From: Vicugna vicugna
Lineage: Eukaryota
Length of the DNA stretch: 64,000 nucleotides
Reading direction: 5' to 3'
Assembly: GCA_013265495.1 (NCBI GenBank)
Contig: MU058198.1
Coordinates: 2,492,419 to 2,556,418, forward strand
The notes beneath the pieces were generated by a model. That model saw only the letters and a program-made list of their open reading frames with translations. It did no database searches and was not told the origin of the DNA. Each line of letters begins with the position of its first letter. The stretch's first letter is position 1. Below, one piece after another: positions 38,044-49,324 of the stretch. Made by a program: the position numbers and the translations under genes.

Positions 38044-38208
38044 ATGAGACTGTTCGCGGGCTGGCTGTGCCTGAGCCTGGCGTCCGTGTGGCTGGCGCGG
38101 AGGATGTGGACGCTGCGGAGCCCGCTCACCCGCTCCCTGTACGTGAACATGACGAGCGGCCCCGGCGGGCCGGCGGCGGCCGCGGGCGGCCGGAAGGAGA
38201 ACCACCAG
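38044..38208 (+). CDS. METTL9: METTL9 protein-L-histidine N-pros-methyltransferase, coding exon 1
   Basis: MRLFAGWLCLSLASVWLARRMWTLRSPLTRSLYVNMTSGPGGPAAAAGGRKENHQ matches the recalled METTL9 N-terminus. Donor CAG|GTACGG, phase 0. Confidence 0.96.
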
Positions 38209-40824
38209 GTACGGGGCCGAACTCCGGCCCGGCGTGGCGGGGGCGTGGCGGCCGGCCTTCCCGCGCTCGGCCCGGCTATTGTGCGGGGCGTCGCGGCGAC
38301 GGTGCCCCCGGGCCTCGCCCCGCCGCCCCCGCTTCTCACAAAGTTTCCCCCTCGTCTTCCCCGCCGGGCGCCCGGTTCGGACGCCCGGCGCCTTTTGTTC
38401 CGCGATGCAAACGGATGACGGCCTCCTCTTCCCCCTCCCGGGCCCCGGCTTAGGCGCCCCGGAGCCCCGCATTGTTCCCGGGTTCCGGGCGGTGATTGCA
38501 GGCGCTCGGTCACCTCGGCCTCCGCTCGCGACGCCAGGACCGAGGAACTTTGGGGCCGGTGCGTGGCGACCGGGACCCGTCTGGCACCGGGGCCTGAGAC
38601 CTAAATGACCAGACCAATCCCACTATCCCGGACAACCGTCATCACCCTTGAGAATCAGAACCGAAAGCCGGTCCCTCTTTTTGTCTGGTTGACTCTCTGA
38701 ACGTACAAAGGGTCATAAAGAAATACAACTGTGCATCGTGAGCCATTTAACTCTGGGCTCGTTCGGGTGACATTTTCCCTAAGCACTTAAAAAATGTGTT
38801 TGACAGGTTATCATTCCCATCCTATGGAACCTTCCCCTCCTATCTAATAGAAATCTCCTTTAAACTTTGGTGTTAGTGTCTGACCCGAGAGATGTAATGA
38901 GGAAGATGATGCAAGCTTTTACTGGAAGGGTTGTAAAAACAGAACTGGGAAGGAATGAATTATTTTAAGAGTTGTAGCTGTGGATTGTGAACGATCCAAT
39001 GTGGCCGGCTGGATAGTCCTTTCATGAGCTTAGTTTTGTGCCACTTAAGTGTGTGCAGGTCAGTTGTAGAATTAAGTGAAATATTTCATATTTGACCGTA
39101 ATGTAGTTTGCGGTTAACATTGCATTCATTGAAAACAGGCTTTTGAATTCTGCCCGAGTGTTGACTTACATAATAGCTAGTATTTATGGTACATTTTGCC
39201 TTTCCAGAGAGCAGTAATTAATTACTCCCCATCTTATGTCTAGTCATTTTTATAGATTTCTCATTTTCCTGTGTTACTTTTCTTATTATGCCAGCTGTTT
39301 AGAGAGGTTGCACCCAGGTTGATCTTCTGTGTTTTAATGAAACCAAAGAATTATCTAAGGTGATAAAGCAGTTCATTCAGAGAAGTAGTATTTACTTTTT
39401 ATAGCAAATATTTGTAGTGGTCCTTTTTCTGTTTTTAAAGGAAATCATAAATTTCCATTTTTTTGTAATCCCACAGCTGTTGTAATTTGTTAGGTAATCA
39501 CTGAGTGGACATAAAGTTAGTAGGTGATCTTGAAAAAACCAGATTCTTTGCTATGGATTAATTAGTCATTTTTAGAGTTGTAGTGGTACTGTACAGTTAC
39601 CAAAATGTTACATATCCATAAGGAACATGGATAATGGTGTAAAATAATGAATAGAAATGTCATGTTCAGCAATTGGTAGAAATAAGTTTCTGAGTAGAAT
39701 GAAAAAGAGGCTTATTTCCATCGACATTGAATTACGGGAGTTTCTTGGCTGTAGGTGTTTATTACACTTGTGATTACCTTTACTGCAGTAGACTTGATCT
39801 GTTTTAAGTGCTCATGAAAGAAATGGGTGTGTTTTAAAAAACTGAAAAACTGTTCAACTTGATTTTTATGAATTCTAGGTAGAATTACAGCTGTAGACAT
39901 AGCCTCAGAATATCTCCTAACAGAGGATACTTTCTAATTGTGTACCTTTGAAAGCCCAATCTGTTAGGTTCTAAGGAAAACTAATCCTGGTTTCAGATAT
40001 CTCATTTATTACTTTGTTATGCTCCTGAGATACCGAAGTGTATATGTACGTTAAAACGTGTGTGTTTTAACCATTTGCCCTTAACAACTTGGCAACTAGT
40101 TTCTCCAAAGTGAAGACTAATCAGGTGCTTCCTGAATATTGGGCTGGAGATTGGCTCTTTTCCTTAGAATAATCAATCCAAACATTGTTTTGAGTTGATA
40201 CTTTTGCATTATGAAAGTATTGTCCATGAATAAAGATTAAAATGAGCAAAAGAAAGCATGTGTATAGAAATCACAGTGACATAAAGGGAAATAGGAGACT
40301 GTTCCCCCTGCAAGGTGGCTGAGTTGATGATTTGTTATCTGCTTTATAGTCCAGGATCCTGAGTTCGCCTTATAAACTTTGTTGCTTGTGAAGTAACTTA
40401 ACTCTAATGCGCCCCCCGCCCACCACCCAGCTTCAAATTAATAGTTTATACAAGGTCTTCTGGTGTTCATTTGGGTGTGTGGGTTCCAAGCCAGCCACAT
40501 CTGGTTCTTTTGAGTTGCATGAAAGTAGGGTTATGGATTTGATTGAACCATACTTAGCACAAGTTTTCCTTATGCTTATTTGATTAAGAAATTATGGTGG
40601 TGGATCCTGTGTTTAAAAGAGAGATCCTGGGCAGTGTTTATTCATTAAAAATAGCTATTTAGTTACTAAAGCTTGGAGAGGCACAAAGGGTCCTTTGAGC
40701 TAAAACAGCTCTAAAACCATAGTGGTGGCACTATTTTAATGACTTGATCTGGCATGTTAGCTTCAAAACCGGGATTATGTTTCCACTTTGGGCAAGCGGG
40801 AAGCAAGGAAGGGCTTCTCTCAGC

Positions 40825-41115
40825 TTGCAGGCCAAACTGGGCTCACTGACTATTTTGTACAGACTGTGAAGTAAGACTAGTTTTACCCTTTTATATGGTT
40901 GCAAAAAGATATATACTATTTTTTAACATGTGAAAATTTCTTCCATGAAATTCAAATTTCAGTATCCACAAAGAAAGTTTTGCTGGAACAGAGCCACCAA
41001 ATTCATTTACCTTTGGTCTGTGAGCGCTTCCAGCTACGATGGCAGAGTTGCATAGTTGCTGCTTTATGACCTGCAAGCCTAGAATATTTACTATCTGGCT
41101 CTTTACAGAAAAAAA
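40825..41115. mobile_element. MER58-like hAT-Charlie element
   Basis: Characteristic GGCAGAGTTGCATAGTTGC...CCTGCAAGCCTAGAATATTTACTATCTGGCTCTTTACAGAAAAA. Confidence 0.6.
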
Positions 41116-43120
41116 GAACTTTCTCCAGCGAAAATTTCCAGCTTCCTTAATCAGCAGCACATTCTTAGTCACAGGTTGCAAGGTGAGTTTGATTTGTTGG
41201 GAAGAAATAGAGCCAAGGCAGTGAGAAACTAGGTATGTGACTTTTCGATATTGGCTGACCTGGAACTTACAAAGAAAATAACAACAAAAGCTTTGGATCT
41301 AGTCTTTTTGAGGCATTGCATCTAGAAACTTGAAAGGACTCTTAGGCTAAACTAACCAGGTTCTTGATAATAGCAGTCATTCAACAGCTTCTCAGTTGAT
41401 GGGAGTGAAAAAAGAATTGTTATAGAACTCTCTGGAACCAAGCCAGGACCGTTTCTCCAGGTGACATACTGCAGAGTATTTTTTTTTCCCTAAAGCGCAG
41501 GTAACATTTGATATCAGGAATTAGTAAACTGTAACTTAAAATTGCAAATATATGTATATCTGACTTATTTTTTTCACCTTATATAAATTCAGAACTATGC
41601 TTTGCTACAAGCAATGATGGATTTAGGATAGAATTTGGGTTTTTTTCCAAATGAACAAATACTTGGATATCACAGTCGGAAGTCAAAAGTTGTGCCAGAG
41701 GACAGATTTGGTCTCCTGTTCCTCACTTACCATGTACCTTGTGGAGGTAGACCGAAGCCAGGCATGAGTTAACAGTGCTCAGGGGGATCAGCCAGCCAGC
41801 CAGCCAGACACTGATGGATAGGTTCGTGTCCTCCTCTGAACTGCCTTTGAGTCTGGAGGCCTTTGCAGCCGAATACCAAGGAGATTTTGAAAAGAGTTTC
41901 TTTCCTTCCTTATAACCTGTGTTGAAACCCTAAACAAGTGTTTGCTTCAGTTTTGCAGAACACTGGGATGCTCTCTTCTGCTTAGTGTCCCAGAAGCCTT
42001 TACCTTCTTCTCTGAAGGTGCCTTAGGGGACCCTGGTACTTCCAGTAAAAGACAATTTTTGACAGCATCTGAAGCTTTGTGAAAGTCATAGGATTATAAA
42101 GTACTAACAGTGAGTGAGTGTTTGAAATGGAGATTGCCAGTAATTTATTTATTAAATCAAAGCTGAAGCAATTTAATCTGTATAAGTTGTTTCCCTGCAC
42201 GGACATAAGGGTGCCTTTGTTACTCTGCATGTGGAAGTCTCACATAAAGTGGTTGTTGGTTTAGGTTTGTATCATTTATAGAAAAAGAATGAAGATTTGA
42301 ATGTTTACTCCTATGCTGTGTTTAGACGCGAGAGGGTGTCAGTAATTATGTGTCCGGATGATATGATCGCACTGGAGAACTCAGAATGTGATTTTTGAAT
42401 CCTTAGTTGTGGAGGTCAGTGTTGTTAGGCTTGGCCTTACCACCCCCTGTAGCAGGAGAGTTTCTGCTGGGCCCCCTCAGTGGAACCTTTCTGGTTGTTT
42501 TTAGTGGTACTGAATGCTTTGGTTACTCATTTCTTTTGAGAGTGGCTGGGTGCCCAGACCTACAGTGTGGTTTTTAGGCATTCCCTTGAACTTCAGTTCT
42601 CTGACTGGCTTTTGTGGACCTTGGTCAGGAAGGGGAAGAAAATCAAGTTATTCTGCTTCTATTAAGTGACAGGCACTTTAAATATATTATCCTCTCTAAT
42701 CCTTATAACAACTCTTGGAGGTAGGTGGTGCACCCCCATTTTACAGAGAGAAGATTGAGGCTAAAAGAGATGAAACTTGCTCATGAGCACAGTTGATGGA
42801 TGGCAGAGTTGGGTTTGGAACCCCACACTTTCTGGTTTCAAGGCCCAGCTTTTCCCACTGTTTCATGACCTCCCTCCTAGAAGACCTTTTGTTGTCTGAG
42901 AGACGGTGAGAGTAGGCAGCCCTTTTTTTTTTTTTTCAGGCTGCCTTCTTAATAGCATACTGTCCCCATTCTGAGGGACCTTTGCATAGACACTGAAATT
43001 ATATAGCTGAGTGCAAAAAACCCAGTTGGAGTTTTTGCAGTTTGTGAGTTAGATAAAGATGGGACAGAGTCTCGAAGTTCTGACCTTCATCCAGTTTGTG
43101 CTTGCTTTGGTTAAGTTTAA

Positions 43121-43847
43121 TGTTGAAAAAAATAATCTTACTCATGCTGCTTCTGACACCAACCAATTCTCTGACACAAACTAGATGTCGTACGATTCAT
43201 TTCTGTTCTGACACTACCTGGAGTAAACCCAGAGATTTAGGGTTCCCTCCTACAAGATTGCCCTCACTCCACATACCAGCTCCAGGTTGGGGGTCCACAG
43301 TCTACCCACGCTTCTGTCTGACTTGGTTACAAATTCTGGGGTTTCTGCAGCCCCCCATCAGGTTAGATAACTTGCTGGAACAACTCACAGAGCCCAGGAA
43401 AACACTTCACTTACGTTTACTGGTTTACTATAAAGGGTATAACTCAGGAACAGCCAAATGGAACAGATGGATAGGGCAAGGTGTGGGGGGCAGAGGGTGA
43501 TACAGAGCTTCCATGCCTTGTCCAGGTAAGCCACCCTCCCAGCACATCGATGTGTTCAGACACCTGGAAGCACCCAGAACCCTGTCTTTTAGGGATTTTA
43601 TGGCAGTTTCATTACCAGGGTGTGATTTATTAAATCTTTGGCCATTGGTGGTTGAACTCAATCTCTAGCTTCTCTCCCCTCCTTGGATGTTACAGGTGGA
43701 GCTGAAAGTTCCACCCTGCCCTCCTGGTTATCTCTGGAGCACACAAAAGGTGCTTTTATCACTCTGGAGTTTCCCCAAGCTTTTTAGGAGCTCTGTGCTG
43801 GGAACTGGGGATAAAGAACAAATATTAATTTTTTTTATAATACCACA
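43121..43847 (-). mobile_element. MER21-like solo LTR in METTL9 intron 1
   Basis: TG...CA ends. Internal text (CTCACAGAGCCCAGGAAAACACTT, TAACTCAGGAACAGCCAAATGGAA) recognised as MER21B/C-like. Orientation inferred from the recalled consensus. Confidence 0.7.
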
Positions 43848-44400
43848 TTACCTAAAATGAGGAAGTTGTTTTTAAAAATAACTTTCTAGTTCCGATTCTA
43901 CTAATGTGCTCAAGTCCTTTGTATTTTGGGAGAAAAGACTGTTACATGGTATGTGTTTAACTAGTTGAGGAACTCAGCTAATTTCAGAAAAACTTTTAAC
44001 TCTATTCCTCAATCTGATAAGCAAATATAATTTTATAGGAAAAATGCATTTCTACTTTAAAGGAATGATCCATCAAACAAGGTTATGTAAAGATTAGGCG
44101 ATGTTCATGCGTTTAATGAAATCTATAAGACGTGACCTAATACTTCATTATTTTGGTTAATTGATACTGCCAGATACACATTCAAAACTCATGTCTACCT
44201 GATTTGGCTGTTTATTATTTGGCTAATTATTAGTATCTTTACAGTCTTGTTGAAAGTAGAGGGAACAGTGCTTTTACTGTAACATCTTTTAGAAGAGGTT
44301 ATGCTTAGTTATCACATCCTACTTCACCATTAGCATCAGCGGATGACTGCATGGCATAACTCTGGCTTGATGACACTGTTATTTAAAAGATTTCCCTACT

Positions 44401-44515
44401 GTGCTCGCTTTGGCAGCACATATACAAAATCGAAACAGTACAGAGAAGGTTAGCATGGCCCCTGCACAAGGATGACACGCAAATTTGTGAAGCATTCCAT
44501 ATTAAAAAAAAAAAA
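44401..44515 (+). pseudogene. RNU6: U6 snRNA processed pseudogene (retrocopy) in METTL9 intron 1
   Basis: GTGCTCGCTTTGGCAGCACATATAC...ACAGAGAAGGTTAGCATGGCCCCTGCACAAGGATGACACGCAAATTTGTGAAGCATTCCATATT, then A12. About 9 substitutions and 1 deletion versus recalled U6. Flanked by TSD AAAAGATTTCCCTACT (44385-44400) and AAAAGATTTCCTTGCT (44512-44527). Confidence 0.95.
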
Positions 44516-45099
44516 GATTTCCTTGCTTATTTAGATTGAGCAAAATTCAAGTGAACTTTAAAGGAAGATGCTAATAAGATGCTTTTACAGACTCTGTGAT
44601 CTCCAGCTGAGGAGTCTAGCCCTGCAGTAGGGCTGGCACCCGGTTCTTTAATGTGAACATTTAACGGGCATGATGCTTTGTTCTTGCCCACGCACCTTTG
44701 TCTCTGTAGTCTTTGCAGAGCCCACGTTCAAAGAACACCCCTGTTTGAACCCATGTGGGAGCCTACAGACAGCCACCTAGTGTGAGCTCATTACAGCTTT
44801 TCACTTAAGCTGGGTTGTCTAGAGAGAGAGGTAACTCCAGGGGGATGGCCAAATGTTGCAGGGGCTCCTACGCTGATTTTCTGTCAACGTCTGAAGGGCA
44901 AGGTGACTACTTATTTAAGGCCCGAAGATCCTGGCCAATATCATGACGATATTACTTATTTCTCTTGGTTCTGATTTTTCCCCTTCTCTGGAATGTAAGT
45001 TCCTGGAGGCCATTGAGTCCATTGTTAATTTTCCCTAGACCACTGTTGAGCTGGGATGGTTAGGAAGCACTTATGAAATTTCCTGGGTAAGCTCACGTA

Positions 45100-45300
45100 G
45101 GGGTTCTAAGCAGTGCCGACTTTGCACCCCAGGGCAGTGTCTGGGATGTTTAGGGTTGTCATAACTGGGGGTGGGGGAGTGCTTCTGGCATCTGATGGGG
45201 AGTGGCTGGGGATGCCGCTGAACGTCCTCCAGTGCACAAGACAGCCCCCGGATTATGTGCTCCAAATGTCAGTAATTCTGAGGTTGAGAAACCCTGCCCT
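45100..45300 (+). mobile_element. MER20-like hAT element
   Basis: GGTTGTCATAACTGGGG...CTGGCATCT...GGGATGCCGCTGAACGTCC...CCAAATGTCAGTAATTCTGAGGTTGAGAAACCCTG. A second, inverted partial copy lies near 51010-51190. Confidence 0.65.
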
Positions 45301-46394
45301 AAAGTAATTTAGTTGTTTTCTAGATCAGATTGTCTTTAGACATATCCAGTCCGGTCTAATTGCGCAGAATAGTCCTGCTTTCTTTTCTAAAAGTGACCCT
45401 CAGAGAGACATACTGGGTATAGAGTGAAGCAAAGAGAATCTTCTTTGAGAGAAACTCTTATAAAATCATATGAACCTTAAACAGGAGCTTAAATGAGCTG
45501 GAAGTGCTCAGAAACGCCAGGTTTCACATTTATTCAGAAGTGATGAGGTGGGAAATGAAAGGTGAGGCACTTGGCTAGGTGCCTGGTACGGGTAGGTGCC
45601 CAGTCCATGTCTTCCTTCATTGCTTGCTGTGCTGATGCAGTTGTGTGGTGGGTGGGTAGCTTAACCACTGTTTGCAGAATTGAGTTTAAGCTAGGCCTTG
45701 CAAAAACTTTGGAGTTTTAGAAATTGATGGAAACCTGGTGACAGCTGTCCCCATGGTTATCCTTGTGTTCCCGTTAGGATTTTGCTAGAAACTCTGAATT
45801 TTATCTGTTAGACTGCCTTTGATTTTTAAGAATAATTTATTGTTAGACAGATAAACATTTATTGTTCATCTGTGTGTGTGCCTGACACTGAAGTCAGTCA
45901 TTGTCCCTCACCTTTTATGGAGCTTCCCGTCTACCTGGGAAGATACAGACACTGAACACGCAATTACATACCAGTTTTCAGTTCAGTGGTTATGAATGTT
46001 ACTGAGGAGACATTAACCAGGTAAACAAGGAGTGGGTTCGGGTGATGGGAAATGTAGGAGACAGAGCAAATACCATGTGAAACAGCCTTGAGAAAGAGCC
46101 TTCCAGAAAAAGAAGAGTAAAGTGTGACATGGTGAGTGGCTGGGTGTAATGCATTGGTAGGGAGTGTCATGAGATGAGGCTGTGGACACAGAATGGACAA
46201 ACCATGTAGGGCCTTGTAAGCCATATTGATTATTTTGTATATCAGGACTTCTGTGAAGCAGGGTGGCGACACGATTAGATTTGCATTTAAAAGTTGGCAT
46301 TTTTAAAGAGGTTTACTTGGTCACTTAAATTTTCAAACCACTTTTAATTTCTGGAAGATCAAAATACGAACTACATTAAGATGTGTGTATATAT

Positions 46395-46945
46395 TTTTTT
46401 TAAATAACAACTTTATCAAGACAAAATTCATGACCATAAAATTGACCATAAAATTCATCTCTTTTTTTGGGAAAATTATCTGTCTTTTTTTATTGTTTAA
46501 GAGAGTCACATAGCAACATAATCTCATTGGATCTTTTTAAAAAATTTATATTCACAAAGTTGCATAACCATTGCCACTCTAATTTTAGAACATTTTCATC
46601 ACTTGATAAATAAACCCCATATCCATTAGCAGACACTCCCATTTGCCTCATCTCCCCACACCCTTGGCAACCACAGTCTGCCCTCTGTCTCTGGATCTTC
46701 CTATTCTGGACAGTGCATGGAAATGAAATTGTACAATTTGTGGCATTTTGTGATTGCCTTATTTTACTTGGCATAGTATTTTCAAAGTTCATCCCCGTTG
46801 TCTCATGAATCAATACCTCATTCCATTTTATGGTTGAATAATATTCTGTTGTATGGATCAACTACATCTTGTTTATCCATACATCAGTTGATGGACATCG
46901 GGGTTGTTTCCACTCTTTGGTAGTTATGGATAGTGCTGCTATGGA
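46395..46945 (-). mobile_element. LINE-1 (L1MB-like) 3' fragment
   Basis: Minus translation IHTTEYYSTIKWNEVLIHETTGMNFENTM followed by typical L1MB 3'UTR. Confidence 0.8.
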
Positions 46946-49132
46946 GTTGACATTTGTATCATGTAAATGGCAGGAGGAACATGGATTCTAACCTTTACCT
47001 TTAAAGAGAAGGGCATTGCGCCTTTTTATTCTTAGCACATTCTGTTCAGTAAGCATTTTCTTTCTGAAAGACTTGTATGGTAGTAAAGGTTCAACCACAT
47101 GTGTTAATGTTGATGAATTGAGAGAAACGCTATTAAAAAACTTGAGTTTTCCTTTTGGCACTTAAAAGCGTTATTTGCAGTTAACGGTGCCAGTTCTTGC
47201 TTAGTTCTGGAAGTCTGAGTCCGTTATTGTTCTGGTTGTCCATTTACAAGTGGATGCCAACAAATTCTTTGCTTCTGTGTTCCACTTGAATGACTTCTTG
47301 TCCACATTAATAGAATGTACCTGATTGCCTATTACCAAGGTGATGGCTTTCATCTTGATTAGTCATTTCAGAGAATTAAAAAAAAAAAGTTAGAATGGCC
47401 TCTTATTACAGAGTTCAGAATGTGAACCAGGAGGTCAGGAGTATAATAAAAAATGGTTTATGACCTGCACTGGGGCATAACTTCAGGCACAATGAGTAGT
47501 AAGAATTAGTTAATGATTAAGCATGAACATTTTCAGACTAAGAAAATTGTAGGCAATGAATGTAAGAAGCTTCGTAGCTTGTCAAGTAGAGTGGGAAAAA
47601 TAAAAATAGTTTCAAGTTCAAGCAGTTTTAATAACAGTGTTTAATGGTAGATTAACACAGATCAGCCAACAATTGGAAAGATTTAGTTTATTCAGTTCAG
47701 GGCACAGGGTTTGTAAAAAGATTGGTTAATCTTTAAAATTTTAATGTGCCTGTTTGCTTCTTTGTGTTGGTTTATAACTGGTTCCTTTCAGTGTTAATGT
47801 CAGGAATGTTACCCAAGATTTCATTCAGTATTTAGCAAGTTTAGGATGACTGTAAAATTGGTCCACCAGTTGTGCAAGCAATTACGGGACACCTACGGTG
47901 AATAGTCATATTTGCCGGGGGAAGCAGGTTACTTTTGGCTCCTTATTGGGAGAAATTGATTGTCTCTTAGTAGCTAATAGATTAATAGTAACTAATCTAC
48001 TCTACAGTTTCATTATGGTACGTAATGGACTTACTTTTATTTATCAGGTCGTGTTAGGGGACTTTATATCATTGCTCTTATTATTATAGGAGTCTCTTGT
48101 GTGTCTGGTCCTATATTGAGGATTTGCCTGTGTTATCTTGTTTAATCCTCTCAGTAACCTACCAGAATAGAAACCAGTGACATCTCTGGTCTACAGATGA
48201 ATTTACAGAGGCTCAGAGATTAAGTGTCTTGTGTGAGCCTACATAAGGAATGGCTGAGCCAGGACTTGGTATGGCTGACTCTAAAGCTGATGCACCCTGC
48301 AGTCCGCCTCCCCGCTTCTCTAGTGTACTAACTCTGACTGAAAGTGGGAAACATTTATTATAGAAGATTACATTTCATCTACAGTTGAGGCTCTTGAATT
48401 TTGGTTTCAAAAAGTGTGTTCTGTTTAGAGCCTATTCCTGGAAATCTGGTTCTTAGCATGTTACTACTTTGTCTTCTCATTGATTGCAGTATGACCTTAA
48501 GTAACTGCTTAATCTTTTTCAAGCACATTTGGCTCCTGTCTGTTAGAATGTTTTATGACCTGGTAAAGCACACCTCAATATTTCTAAAGGGCAGCTTACT
48601 CTGGTCACTGGAGTGTTTAATTCTGCTGCTCACTCTGCCATTGATTTGTTTGGGGGTTTTGAGTCAAATCATTGCATTGAATGACCTTTCTTATTTTAAA
48701 ACAAAGTTGATGTTGGTAGTTACTGCCTTCTTATGTTGAATCTCAGTGAGAGAGATGCCATCCGAGCTTTCCTAGATCTCAGGTTGCAGGGGGTATAGTG
48801 ACAGAAGTGTTGGGCCTGGAGGCGGAGCTCATGGACTGTGGCCTGGCTCTGTCACTACTGAGCTGCATAACTGCCAGCCTTTCCCTCCTCCCTCACTCTC
48901 TCCCTACCCTGAGGGTTATGAGAATTAAAGGAGAAATTGTGTGTGAGGAAGTATGTTGTACCTTATAGGTGGCATATGAATATAAGAGATGATGGTTATC
49001 CTCAGAGTGCCAGGAGATTATAGAATTTGGAAATCTTAGGTTTAATTTAATCTTTTGTTTTTTGTTTTTGGACTTCTTAGACGATGCTTCAGTTACATGT
49101 TTTCATTCTTCTTCTTTTTCTTCTTTTTTTAG

Positions 49133-49324
<192 letters not shown>

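Larger units (their letters stand above)
37480..38620. promoter_or_regulatory. CpG island / METTL9 promoter and first exon
   Basis: Abrupt very GC- and CpG-rich segment in an AT-rich background. GC boxes (GGGAGGCGGG near 37676, CCGCCCC at 37881) and an E2F-like AAATCCCGCC near 37488. Surrounds the METTL9 start codon. Boundaries judged by eye. Confidence 0.9.

Noticed and set aside
37533..38608. Long ORFs on both strands over the CpG island (326 aa, 293 aa and others)
   Set aside because: Low-complexity Arg/Gly/Pro/Ala translations are expected where extreme GC content makes stop codons rare; no recognisable domain.
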